Of a stretch of 58,764 nt of DNA, positions 44,504 through 53,811 are shown in pieces. The position numbers and the translations under genes were made by a program. Source of the stretch: an uncultured Gammaproteobacteria bacterium. Lineage in GTDB: Bacteria > Patescibacteriota > Patescibacteriia > SBBC01 > CAIJZX01. The stretch covers positions 1 to 58,764 of the forward strand of contig CAYLHT010000006.1 in the NCBI GenBank assembly GCA_964383765.1, read 5' to 3'. Below the pieces are notes generated by a model. The model was given only the letters and a program-made list of their open reading frames with translations. It searched no databases and was not told the origin of the DNA. Positions within the stretch are counted from its first letter, which is position 1. The number at the start of each line of letters is the position of its first letter.

Positions 44504-44989
44504 ATGATCAAAGCATTTGTCAGCGACTTTTCCAGAGTCCTGTTATCACCGAAAGATGACAGCTACACCGAAGGACTAAATGCGCTGCATAAAAAACTGT
44601 CATCCGGTGGAGATTATGACTTTTGGTCATACTTTCGACTAAATCAAGATTTGCTTACTTTTTACAAAAAACTTAGCGCGGATATTCCTATTTATATGTT
44701 TACCACCGAGTATATTCAGGAACATCCAGCGCTTCAACCTGAACTAGCTGGAGTTTTCAAAAAAGTTTTTAGTGGGGCGGGTTTGCACTTGGAAAAAACT
44801 GATCCGCAATCATACTACTTCATCGCCAGAGAGCTTGGACTTAACACAAATGAAGTCTTGTACTTAGATGATAAACAAGCAAATCTTGATGCTGCTAAAA
44901 AAGCTGGTATGACTGTTATCGCTTATGAAGCAAACGAACAAGCACAACAGGATATCACTAAAACATTGAAAAACTTTTCGTCCCAATAA
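44504..44989 (+). CDS. cassette 9: HAD-superfamily hydrolase-like protein
   Basis: FVSDFSRVLL (motif I-like) and LYLDDKQANLDAAKKAGM (motif III/IV-like). Confidence 0.55.
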   Translation: MIKAFVSDFSRVLLSPKDDSYTEGLNALHKKLSSGGDYDFWSYFRLNQDLLTFYKKLSADIPIYMFTTEYIQEHPALQPELAGVFKKVFSGAGLHLEKTDPQSYYFIARELGLNTNEVLYLDDKQANLDAAKKAGMTVIAYEANEQAQQDITKTLKNFSSQ

Positions 44990-45014
44990 GTTAAATTATT
45001 TTTGAGAAAACGCC

Positions 45015-45646
45015 GCCTAACACGGGCTAGCCGGAGAGCGAACGAAATACTACTTTAATCTATGAGTTTCTACATTATTATTCGAGGTCCGCTCGGCTGC
45101 GGAAAATCTACGATTTCAGAAAAGCTATCTCAGCAATTCAATGCTGAACATATTGCAGTTGATCGCGTTCTTGACGAACACAATCTTACCGAAGACAAAG
45201 AGGACGGTTACATTTCACAAACAAGTTTCAAGCGAGTGAATGAATTAATCGCTCCGAAAGCACAATCATTATTAGAAAATGGAAAAACCGTTATCTTTGA
45301 CGGGAACTTTTACTGGAAATCACAGCTTGATGACTTAATTCAACGCCTGGATTTCCGCCATTACGTTTTCACACTGAAAGCACCACTTGAACTCTGCATC
45401 GAACGCGATCAAGCGCGAGACAAAACTCATGGGAAAGACGCAGCCGAGGCCGTATACAATAAATCAACTTCTTTTGAATATGGCACGTTGATTGATACAA
45501 CTGGAATTATTGACGAAACGGTACAGAAAATTCTTGAACATTTGCCAATAACAAAGTAGTATTTCGTTCGCTCTCCAAAATTGCGTAAGTGTACGCTTCG
45601 CGATAGTATACACCTACGCAACTTCGGCTAGCCCGAAACGTTGTGC
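45015..45646 (+). other. attC-like site 9 (class B-related, carries an ORF in helix-2 loop)
   Basis: GCCTAAC-ACGGGCTAGCCG...CGGCTAGCCCG-AAAC-GTTGTGC. The 20-bp helix GAGAGCGAACGAAATACTAC / GTAGTATTTCGTTCGCTCTC encloses 45062..45559. The third hairpin TTGCGTAAGTGTA..TACACCTACGCAA resembles class B. Confidence 0.7.
45062..45559 (+). CDS. P-loop kinase-like ATPase (AAA_33-like) located inside attC-like site 9
   Basis: Walker A IIIRGPLGCGKSTISEKL. Small nucleotide/metabolite kinase-like size (165 aa). Confidence 0.6.
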   Translation: MSFYIIIRGPLGCGKSTISEKLSQQFNAEHIAVDRVLDEHNLTEDKEDGYISQTSFKRVNELIAPKAQSLLENGKTVIFDGNFYWKSQLDDLIQRLDFRHYVFTLKAPLELCIERDQARDKTHGKDAAEAVYNKSTSFEYGTLIDTTGIIDETVQKILEHLPITK

Positions 45647-45762
45647 GCCATAAAATCTCGGCTTCGAATATTTAAAGAAGGTTTCCTGAATCAGATCATT
45701 ATGGTCACATCGAAAATCATGGCTTATACTTAGAACAGTCTTTTCAATAAACCTACAAATTT

Positions 45763-46392
45763 ATGCTCAAAAAAGCTTTCCTGCTTGCGGTAATAGCCTT
45801 CAGCATTGCCGTCACCGCTATTCCTGCTTCAGCCGCAACGAAAACAAAAATCTACACAAACCGGTCACTGGGATTTTCGTTGAAGTACAATGCGAAATTC
45901 CAATGGTCGACTGGTGGGTGCGACAATGCTCATAATAATATTTTTTTTCAACTCAATCCGTCCGATAAACTCAAATTGGAGAAAACTCAGCGTACCTATG
46001 ATATAGGTGTGCAATTATTGAATTTTAACGATGACGGGTGTTCTTTTGCTGTAACAATAGGACCGAAACTAAGAAAAACCTTACGGACAAGGGGTTGGGC
46101 TTCATTCATTTCTCAATATATAAAAGAAGTTGTCGACCCGAATCCATTCGAATCTGTTGCGGTTCAGGCGTACGGCTTAAATGGATATACCGCAACCATT
46201 ATTACAACCCATGAAAAGGGAGTTCAATATGTTGGTGGAACTGTCGAACACCATATTCTTGTCACTTCTGATAAAGTACATGTTTATGACATTAGCGATC
46301 AATTATATTCACCAAACTACAAAAAAATATTTTCCCCCAATCCCTACGCATACGACTTTCGTGCACTCGCACAAAGTTTCCGTATTCTCTAA
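45763..46392 (+). CDS. cassette 10: secreted hypothetical protein
   Basis: Signal peptide MLKKAFLLAVIAFSIAVTAIPASA. No recognisable domain. Confidence 0.5.
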   Translation: MLKKAFLLAVIAFSIAVTAIPASAATKTKIYTNRSLGFSLKYNAKFQWSTGGCDNAHNNIFFQLNPSDKLKLEKTQRTYDIGVQLLNFNDDGCSFAVTIGPKLRKTLRTRGWASFISQYIKEVVDPNPFESVAVQAYGLNGYTATIITTHEKGVQYVGGTVEHHILVTSDKVHVYDISDQLYSPNYKKIFSPNPYAYDFRALAQSFRIL

Positions 46393-46439
46393 GCTTTCTT
46401 GAAACAGTCACCTGAAGAACAACGCCGAGATTTTACGGC

Positions 46440-46551
46440 GCACAACACGGCGTATACGACATCCCTTCCTCTCTTCGGGGGTAACTCGCACAGCTCGATA
46501 TTCTACCCCCTGCGTTCAGTCGGGACGGTCGTATACGCCGAAACGTTGTAC
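46440..46551 (+). other. attC-like site 10 (112-bp class C)
   Basis: GCACAAC-ACGGCGTATACGAC...GTCGTATACGCCG-AAAC-GTTGTAC. Inner hairpin GGGGTAA..TACCCC. Homologous to site 13. Confidence 0.8.
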
Positions 46552-46631
46552 GCCATGGCGAACATGAAAGTATAAGTGCCTCGACCTCGGGGCGCGTGCC
46601 CCAAGTCCGAGGCACACATGTTCGCCACAGC

Positions 46632-47612
46632 ATACAACAGCGGATATGAGACGGAGGAAATCGGGTTTGGTTTTTTTATAGCAAGAAACCCCCGGAAGGC
46701 ACAGTTGTCCTTGCGGGGGCTGCGATCACGATGATCGCGAAGGTTCATTCAATGGGTAGAGAGTGTTCAGGCCAATGCGACTCGATGGGTCTCGCGGGAC
46801 AACCCATGCAGTCCGGCATACGTAGCCAGGATCTGGCTGGCTGTCATCACCTTACACGGATTCTCAGCATTCACGTCCATTTCGACGTCGTTGATCATGC
46901 CAGATTCGTAGATCCGCACATGAGGCTCGCCGATCTTGTCGTACGCACGGAAGACCGTGAACACCAGGTAATGCGGAAACCACATGGTGGCGCTTCCCTC
47001 GCCGCCGTACAGCCGGATGGTCGCGGTCACTCGCCGAAGCTCGTGCCGAACGTCCTGCGCTGGGGCATCGGGGAACGACCGCTCGAATGGGCCGATGAGA
47101 GCGTCGATCTCGACGATTCGGAACATGTCCGAATAGTACTTCAGCTCATTCTCGGCGCGGTCCTGACGCGAGCCGAAGCCTTTTCGGGACACCGGCGGGG
47201 CCGTTACGTTGGAGCGGTAGAGCTGGATTCCAGGACCGTACAGCTTGGCCAGCTCGGCTCGCAACAGCTCCTCTGCGAGTGACACTGAAAAGGGTCGGTC
47301 GGAACGATGCAGTTTCTTGAACATGGTATTCCTCCCATCACGGGAGCGTATAGGGATATTCCTACACGGCTACCATCTCGGCAGCGAACTAGCCAAGAGT
47401 ATTAACCTCTCTGCTAAATCGCTACCGAGGTACGGATGGAAGAGCTGAAATGAACAAACAGGTCACACTACACTATATACTGGCATTTGTCAATGCCAGA
47501 CACAAAAAACCAATTCCCATTTCCTCCGTCCAAATTGCTGCTTCGTTCCGGCGGTAGTATAATTGTACCGCCTCCACTTCGCAGCAACTTCTCATATCCG
47601 CGGACGTTGTAT
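46632..47612 (+). other. attC-like site 11 (class E, carries an ORF in helix-2 loop)
   Basis: ATACAAC-AGCGGATATGAGA...TCTCATATCCGC-GGAC-GTTGTAT. The inner helix CGGAGGAAATCGGGTTTGGTTTTTT / AAAAAACCAATTCCCATTTCCTCCG encloses 46767..47324. Homologous to site 2. Confidence 0.7.
46767..47324 (-). CDS. hypothetical protein (185 aa), GC-rich, located inside attC-like site 11
   Basis: GGGAGGAA SD 7 nt before the ATG. TTGACA hexamer at 47488-47493 (minus). Preferred over the antisense ORF 46731..47282. Confidence 0.5.
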   Translation of the reverse strand: MFKKLHRSDRPFSVSLAEELLRAELAKLYGPGIQLYRSNVTAPPVSRKGFGSRQDRAENELKYYSDMFRIVEIDALIGPFERSFPDAPAQDVRHELRRVTATIRLYGGEGSATMWFPHYLVFTVFRAYDKIGEPHVRIYESGMINDVEMDVNAENPCKVMTASQILATYAGLHGLSRETHRVALA

Positions 47613-47688
47613 GAAATATACTTTTCCTTTCCGCCTATCGGCTACTGCTTTTCTGAATGAGCAAATTTGATTAGTTACAAAAAGCAAC

Positions 47689-48873
47689 GTGCGAATTCTA
47701 ATTACAGCTGGAGGAACGATAGTAAAAATTGATGATGTTAGACACATCGGGAATTTTAGTACTGGTTCATTTCCAGCAAAAATCGCCGATGCTGCTTTAA
47801 TAAAAGGACATAGTGTTATTTACCTACATGCAAAAAATGCGAAGATTCCGGCTATAAAAAAGAAACTTAAGCTATTTGAGTACGAAACCTACGATGATTA
47901 CGCTCGCCAATTAAAAATCATTCTGAAAAAGAATGATATTGATGTCGCATTTTTAGCAGCTGCAGTATCTGATTATGGGGTCAAACAGTCTAAAGGAAAA
48001 ATCTCCTCATCAAAACCATCACTGGTAATCCGACTTTTTCGTCTGCCTAAGGTAATAAAAGGAGTTAAGAGGTGGTCAAGAAAACCGCTCTTTCAAGTAG
48101 GCTTTAAATTATTATCCGGTGTAAACCAAAAAGAGCTTTTTGAGGTAGCTTATAAATCCAGTTTAGAAAACCATTCGGATCTAACTATAGCTAACGATTT
48201 ATCAAACATACATAAAGGCAAGAGAGGGGTTATTTTAGTTACCCCAGAAAAAGGATTGATTAAACTGCAAGAACCAAAACTAGCCGAAAAAATTATTTCT
48301 TTCGTAGAAAAAAGATCACAAGTACAGCATTTTAGTACAGTTTTATCTCTAAAAAAGAATATCAATAAGAAATTTCGTCGAGAAATTATACTTTTTAAAA
48401 GGCTATGTCACCAGTTAAGTAAACAAGGACATATGCCTGATTTTTATCAGGGTGCCGAATCGGGACACGGTAGTTTGGCTCTAAGAACTAGCAAACATGG
48501 CTTCTTAATTACAGCGCGTGGTAGTAACAAAAAGAGCCTTCGTCCTCATGATGTTGTGTTCGTAAAAAAAGTAGATTGGAAGAAACGAGAAATTTTCGTT
48601 GAATCTGCTACAAATGAAAAGGCTTCTTTTAACGCAATTCTAGTAGCAAATATTTTCAAAAAACTTCCCTCGGTTAAAGCAGTGGTACACACACATAAAT
48701 TCTTTCGGGGTGTTCCGAGTACCGAATTCCCCTTTATGCCCGGCACTCTCCAGTATGCCGTAATACCCGCGCACCTATTTAGGGATAAAACCAGAGTTAT
48801 TAATCTCAAGAATCATGGCTTAATAGCTGTAGGAACTGATTTACAAGAAACTGTAAACCATGTACTACGGTAA
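47689..48873 (+). CDS. cassette 12, gene 1: fusion of CoaB-like (DFP/phosphopantothenate-cysteine ligase fold) and class II aldolase/adducin-like domains
   Basis: N-terminal ILITAGGTIVKIDDVRHIGNFSTGSF and AAAVSDYGV...GKISS are CoaB-like. C-terminal GFLITARGSNK, VVHTHKFF and LKNHGLIAVG are class II aldolase-like. GTG start. Confidence 0.6.
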   Translation: MRILITAGGTIVKIDDVRHIGNFSTGSFPAKIADAALIKGHSVIYLHAKNAKIPAIKKKLKLFEYETYDDYARQLKIILKKNDIDVAFLAAAVSDYGVKQSKGKISSSKPSLVIRLFRLPKVIKGVKRWSRKPLFQVGFKLLSGVNQKELFEVAYKSSLENHSDLTIANDLSNIHKGKRGVILVTPEKGLIKLQEPKLAEKIISFVEKRSQVQHFSTVLSLKKNINKKFRREIILFKRLCHQLSKQGHMPDFYQGAESGHGSLALRTSKHGFLITARGSNKKSLRPHDVVFVKKVDWKKREIFVESATNEKASFNAILVANIFKKLPSVKAVVHTHKFFRGVPSTEFPFMPGTLQYAVIPAHLFRDKTRVINLKNHGLIAVGTDLQETVNHVLR

Positions 48874-49576
48874 TTCGTACAAAAAGTTCCCAGGGCTTTA
48901 CGATTTGTTATATCAAAGGTTTCTAAAAACTGTTCCAGATTTTGTATCTCTGGTTAAGAAGAATACTCCAAAAAGAGGCCTCATTTTAGACTTAGCTGCT
49001 GGAACTGGCGAAGTGACAATCCCCTTGCTACGTCACGGATTTACCGTGGTGAGCCTAGACGCCAGCATAGGGATGCTCAAACAATTACAAAAAAAAGCAA
49101 AAATGGCTGGAATAAAGAAGTATCGCACGAAAGTGCTTGATATGAAAAAATTGAACTACCAGGGTAAATTTGATGTAGTCTGTATACGACAGGCAATCAA
49201 TTATTTTATGGGAACGCGGTCACTAACATCAGGGCTAAAGAGAATTAACGCATCGCTCAAGCGGGATGGTAAGTTTATTTTTAATGCTCCAAATTATCAA
49301 GGTCAGAAAAACTACAAGACCACCTATCATTATTACAATAAAGCATCACAAAGCGCTGTCGTTGTTGAAACAAACACTATCGAAAGAAAAACTTTAAGGC
49401 ATACCCAGTATTCTATAGTTTGGCGGAATAACAATATGCCAACTTTCGTAAACGACGAAAATTCTTTTTATATATTTACAAAAAAGGAATTTGAGAGTTC
49501 TTTAAAAAAGAGTGGTTTTTCAAAGATTCGATTTAGTGGATCCGCTAAAACACTATATGGTGTAGCAACAAAATGA
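48860..49576 (+). CDS. cassette 12, gene 2: class I SAM-dependent methyltransferase
   Basis: LILDLAAGTGEVTIPL is motif I. Overlaps both neighbours. Confidence 0.7.
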   Translation: MYYGNSYKKFPGLYDLLYQRFLKTVPDFVSLVKKNTPKRGLILDLAAGTGEVTIPLLRHGFTVVSLDASIGMLKQLQKKAKMAGIKKYRTKVLDMKKLNYQGKFDVVCIRQAINYFMGTRSLTSGLKRINASLKRDGKFIFNAPNYQGQKNYKTTYHYYNKASQSAVVVETNTIERKTLRHTQYSIVWRNNNMPTFVNDENSFYIFTKKEFESSLKKSGFSKIRFSGSAKTLYGVATK

Positions 49577-50472
49577 GCCCTGCGACCAAAATTTGGATAA
49601 ATGGAAAAATAGTTTCTATTAAAAAAGCTAGCTTCTTTAGCTTCCACCAGGGTTTAAACTATGGTGCTTGTGTTTATGATGGAATCCGCTTTTACAAAAA
49701 CAAAAACGGTTCGGCGATTTTCAGGTTAGATGACCACCTGAAACGGTTTCTTTACTCTGCGTCAGTTTTGGAGATGGATCTGGGGACTAGTAAAAAAGAA
49801 TTCCAAAAGGCAGTAATCGCCCTAATAAAAGCAACCAAGCTTTCATCTGGATACATTCGGCCAATAGCATTTTACTCCGAGCCTAAAATGGGCATAAATA
49901 TTATCGGAGCAAAATTAACCGTCATGATCCTTGTATGGCCGTGGAGAAATGAGAAGAAAGAGAGATCTGTGAGCATGAAGATTGTCAAACAAAGACGACT
50001 CGATCCAAGAACAGTAGACTTAAAGGCAAAAATAGGCGGATATTATGCAAACGGATTACTAGGCTTTATTGAGGCACGTAAAGAAGGCTTTGATGAACCA
50101 TTATTTCTTGATACGAACGGATTTATAGCCGAGGGGGCAGTTAATAATATTTTTGTTATTAAAAATAAGACTATTTATACTCCGAAACTAAAAACTATTT
50201 TGGGCGGAATTACACGGGACAGTATCATGACAATTGCCAGAAACAAAGGGCTGAGAATTGTTCAGAAAAATATGCGCCCTTATTTTCTTCGTCAGGCCGA
50301 TGAAGTTTTCCTTACAGGTACAGGCATTGAACTCGAACATGTAAAAAGTATTCATAAATTTTTTTCAAAACCAAAATTATCAAATTCTGTATTTGAAAGT
50401 TTGCGGGAAGAATATAGAAAAGTTATTACAGGCGAGTCAACAAAATATAGAAAATGGCTCACGGTAGTGTGA
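49573..50472 (+). CDS. cassette 12, gene 3: class IV PLP aminotransferase (BCAT / aminodeoxychorismate lyase family)
   Basis: GYIRPIAFY, EGAVNNIFVIKNKTIYTP and LGGITRDSI are motifs typical of fold type IV enzymes. Confidence 0.7.
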   Translation: MSPATKIWINGKIVSIKKASFFSFHQGLNYGACVYDGIRFYKNKNGSAIFRLDDHLKRFLYSASVLEMDLGTSKKEFQKAVIALIKATKLSSGYIRPIAFYSEPKMGINIIGAKLTVMILVWPWRNEKKERSVSMKIVKQRRLDPRTVDLKAKIGGYYANGLLGFIEARKEGFDEPLFLDTNGFIAEGAVNNIFVIKNKTIYTPKLKTILGGITRDSIMTIARNKGLRIVQKNMRPYFLRQADEVFLTGTGIELEHVKSIHKFFSKPKLSNSVFESLREEYRKVITGESTKYRKWLTVV

Positions 50473-50559
50473 TAATGACGTGGCCCTGCTGTCACGGTTA
50501 ATCAAATTTGCTCATTCAGAAAAGCGCCTGATACAATCAGGAAAGGAAAAGTATAAATC

Positions 50560-50616
50560 ATACAACAGCGCGTATACGATATACTACGTACAATCGTATA
50601 CGCGCGGACGTTAGCT
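50560..50616 (+). other. attC-like site 12 (short simple-hairpin class)
   Basis: ATACAAC-A-GCGCGTATACGAT-atactacgtaca-ATCGTATACGCGC-GGAC-GTTAGCT. Confidence 0.85.
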
Positions 50617-50719
50617 GAAATGTTGCTCTTGACATGAGGACGCTATCGGTCCAAAATCGGTTATTCGAACTTTCACAATAAAAATATTCTTAGGGGGCGC
50701 CCATGAAAGGAGGAAGTGG

Positions 50720-50941
50720 ATGTCTGAGAACACCAGGCTTCTCTTGGCACGCGTCTATCTTTTGGGCGCGATCGTGATTCTGGTTCTGCTGTTGTTCAAC
50801 GAAGAAAGCCACGTCCTCATTCTCACGCTTATCGGCTGGACCCTCACGCTTCCGATCATCTCGTTTGTTGGTGACCAGATCACAATCAACAAAGCAATTA
50901 AACGAGATGAGGAAAACAGCCGCACAACAGCACCCGAGTGA
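50720..50941 (+). CDS. cassette 13: small two-TM membrane protein (73 aa)
   Basis: AAAGGAGGAAG SD before the ATG. Hydrophobic ORF. Confidence 0.5.
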   Translation: MSENTRLLLARVYLLGAIVILVLLLFNEESHVLILTLIGWTLTLPIISFVGDQITINKAIKRDEENSRTTAPE

Positions 50942-51026
50942 ATCGCCCTTTCTAGAGGAGATGGAACGCCCCCATCTTCTCGCCCCCTAAGAATATTTTC
51001 TCTTTCACATAGCTACGCAACACATC

Positions 51027-51138
51027 CGATAACACGGCGTATCCGACTTCCCTTTTTCTCTTCGGGGGTAACTCGCACAGCTCGAAATTTTACCCCCTAC
51101 GTTCAGTCGGGACGGTCGTATACGCCGAAACGTTGTCG
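51027..51138 (+). other. attC-like site 13 (class C)
   Basis: CGATAAC-ACGGCGTATCCGAC...GTCGTATACGCCG-AAAC-GTTGTCG. Core homologous to site 10. Confidence 0.75.
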
Positions 51139-51172
51139 GAAACTTTCGTCTCATTTTCCTCAAGATTGAAAC

Positions 51173-51742
51173 ATGCCCAAAGACTATATAAAAAAATCAT
51201 CTAGATTGCTGAGACCAAATACTCCATTGGTCTTCGCTGACGGAACACGGGTTTATAAAAAGCTTGCTAAGAAGTACGTTGTTCACAAAGTTGGTTACTT
51301 TATTTTGGCTCCTTCTGGGGCTGGTAAAACGTACTTTATTGAAAATCAAAAGAAAAAACATTGGATGGATGGCGACGAAATTTGGATGATGGGTAAAGCT
51401 CACCCCGAGGGCCAGTGGTGGCTACAGAACATACCAGTCATTGATGAGATTGATCAGCGAAGTGACGTTATTACAATGGAAGCCAAGAAATATGGTTTTT
51501 GGATTATGGGTGCATCCAATTATTGGCTAAAGCCTGATGCCGTTTGTATTCCCGACTGGAACACTCACAGAAGGTTTGTTCTCAACAGAGAAAAAGAAAA
51601 TTATGATGGTGGGGCGACCAGCAAAAGTTTCGACCGCCTGAAAAAAAGTAGAAACTGGATGTCTAGATGGAAAAAAGAAGGAGTTCCGGTCTTTCGTTCA
51701 ATCAAAGAAGCGGTTACATTTTTAGAAAAAAGAGCAAAATAA
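51173..51742 (+). CDS. cassette 14, gene 1: P-loop NTPase/kinase-like protein
   Basis: Walker A ILAPSGAGKTYF. 189 aa. Confidence 0.55.
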   Translation: MPKDYIKKSSRLLRPNTPLVFADGTRVYKKLAKKYVVHKVGYFILAPSGAGKTYFIENQKKKHWMDGDEIWMMGKAHPEGQWWLQNIPVIDEIDQRSDVITMEAKKYGFWIMGASNYWLKPDAVCIPDWNTHRRFVLNREKENYDGGATSKSFDRLKKSRNWMSRWKKEGVPVFRSIKEAVTFLEKRAK

Positions 51743-51743
51743 A

Positions 51744-52631
51744 ATGAGCGCTGAGCACCCCGAGTTTAATTTACCCAAAGAGATTAGTAAGAGCGATTTG
51801 GAGCCTGTTCCTATCGGTCTAGGAGAAACTGAGGTTGTTCTCCAAAGACATGGGAAATACGAACGCTCCATAGAAAGTACCAATGTCGGAAGTCTTTCTG
51901 AAGAGGGACGAGAAGACGTTGAAGCCTTAGCGGGTAGCTTTTTTGAACAACTATTCGAATCAATTCCAGAATCTGAAAGAAAAAACCTCGATATATTGTT
52001 ACTTGCTAGCGATACACAATATAGAGGTGGCGGTCGTCGCTCAATGGAAACGGCGGACCACGTCATGGAAGCGGCAAAAGAAAAAATAGAAAAATACGGA
52101 CTGGGAGGTAACCAACTATTGAATGCAACTGGTCGTTTTCATGGTGATGGCGGAACGAGACCGGAACCAAAATTGAGAGAGCCACAGATGATTGAAAACT
52201 CCCCTGAGTTCCTGGATTTTTTGAAATCAAAGTATGGGGATATGGGTAGGGACTTTTGGATAGCGTTCGAGGAGGATAGAGAAAAAGAGGCTCGAGAACA
52301 AATGGGGGCCGAGGGACCGGATCAGATTGCCGATAGATTGAGCACTGTTGTGGAGACTTTGTCACGATTTAGCAGATTCCATCATGACAAAAACCCAGGT
52401 CGTCGACTGCTCATTTGGGCGGTGACTCATTACGACACCATTAGTCCATACACAAAGAGAGAAATATTACGTACAACCAAGGAAGCTCCCCTAGGAGTTG
52501 ACTACGGCGCTGGCATCGTAATCAAAATCGACGAGAAAGGTGAAAGGAAGGTTCAGCTATCAGGGGACGAGTACACCGTTCCGAAAAGAAAAAGAGAGAA
52601 TGAGACGAAAGCGTCCGACAACAGCGTATAA
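51744..52631 (+). CDS. cassette 14, gene 2: histidine-phosphatase-superfamily-like protein
   Basis: VVLQRHGKYE (RHG motif) and AVTHYDT (second His). The last codons and the stop lie inside attC-like site 14. Confidence 0.45.
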   Translation: MSAEHPEFNLPKEISKSDLEPVPIGLGETEVVLQRHGKYERSIESTNVGSLSEEGREDVEALAGSFFEQLFESIPESERKNLDILLLASDTQYRGGGRRSMETADHVMEAAKEKIEKYGLGGNQLLNATGRFHGDGGTRPEPKLREPQMIENSPEFLDFLKSKYGDMGRDFWIAFEEDREKEAREQMGAEGPDQIADRLSTVVETLSRFSRFHHDKNPGRRLLIWAVTHYDTISPYTKREILRTTKEAPLGVDYGAGIVIKIDEKGERKVQLSGDEYTVPKRKRENETKASDNSV

Positions 52632-52669
52632 ACGATATTGAAACGATCGTTTATACGCGAACGTAGTCG
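52616..52669 (+). other. attC-like site 14 (short class, irregular 3' core)
   Basis: CGACAAC-A-GCGTATAAACGAT-attgaaac-GATCGTTTATACGC-GAAC-GTAGTCG. The core reads G-TAGTC instead of G(T/A)TAGTC. Confidence 0.7.
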
Positions 52670-52714
52670 AAATCGGGCTTCGCTTCTGCAAATACGATTA
52701 AGTTAATAAATTTT

Positions 52715-53599
52715 TTGACAGTCACCGAAATAATAAAACTGTCGCCTGTAAAGGAGACGATCCGCCGCCTCTTTCAGAATAAAGAAACAGAGCTGATTCA
52801 ACGGCCCGGCTCTTATATTTTGAAACTTTTACATGAACCCGAGGAACAGATTTTTAGAATTATCCTACTTCCCCCACATGGCTATACCTCAAACCAGGTG
52901 GACGAAACTTCACCACATCCGGAAGCACGACGAGCAAAAATAACAGTGAAAGGAGGAATCAAGCCACACAATTCTGGTTTTAGTATTTTGAAAGACATTA
53001 TCAAATACCAATACTACAGCGATCGTGACATCAAAATTGCAAATGACTTTCCCTATCCAAAGACTGGTGGCACAGATTTCAAGGAAAAACTAATTTCAGC
53101 AAAGCAAGCTGTGTTCGTTGTCCAAGAAAATGGCATCGGATTTTATCATAACCTGGTGAATCTCTCGCGCGAGTGGGTTCTTCTGGTATTAGAAAAAGAA
53201 TTACGGCTGCAAAAAAATCCACAGATCGAACTTGCGATTCATTCACTCAATGCAGAAGATAAAAGAACATTGCTCACGTTGTATAAAAAGATCCTTCGCT
53301 ACGGCGATTTACTGTTTGATAACGACAAACAGCTTATTAATAAAGTGTGCAATTTTGATGTCACGAAAAGTATTCCTCCTTTGATTGAAATGTTAAATGT
53401 CCACGAAACTGGTAAACATGAAGCATGTACAGTATTTGGAATAATTTTAAAAATTGGAAAAAAGAACCCTGAAAAAGTTCTTAAATATCTGAAAGAGGCG
53501 GCTGTTCAAAAAAGCGCCCCCATTTATTTACTAAAAAAGTTGCAAAAAAAGCTTGGTAGCTTAACAACGGCGAAGCCCGAATCGCCTAACAGCGCGTAG
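52715..53599 (+). CDS. cassette 15: hypothetical protein (294 aa), AT-rich
   Basis: Long ORF with a non-ATG (TTG) start. The 3' end runs into attC-like site 15 (stop TAG at 53597-53599). Confidence 0.45.
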   Translation: MTVTEIIKLSPVKETIRRLFQNKETELIQRPGSYILKLLHEPEEQIFRIILLPPHGYTSNQVDETSPHPEARRAKITVKGGIKPHNSGFSILKDIIKYQYYSDRDIKIANDFPYPKTGGTDFKEKLISAKQAVFVVQENGIGFYHNLVNLSREWVLLVLEKELRLQKNPQIELAIHSLNAEDKRTLLTLYKKILRYGDLLFDNDKQLINKVCNFDVTKSIPPLIEMLNVHETGKHEACTVFGIILKIGKKNPEKVLKYLKEAAVQKSAPIYLLKKLQKKLGSLTTAKPESPNSA

Positions 53600-53718
53600 C
53601 CGAAGCGGTTTCTGCGTCCGGCGTAGCCGTTCTCCGAAACCGCTAAACTAGCTGGTGTTTAGCCGCTCCGCGGCGTATGATAACACCAGCTAGCCTCGGC
53701 TACGCGCAAACGTTAGAC
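53584..53718 (+). other. attC-like site 15 (class A variant)
   Basis: GCCTAAC-AGCGCGTAGCCGA...TCGGCTACGCGC-AAAC-GTTAGAC. Compensatory changes relative to sites 3, 5 and 7. Confidence 0.85.
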
Positions 53719-53811
53719 GCAAATTGGGTTGGGTCTTTGACCAATTTTTCGATTACATGAAAGGAGCCCCGCACAAAGTACGAGGCTCCGTAAGCATCTT
53801 TGGTGAGAGCG

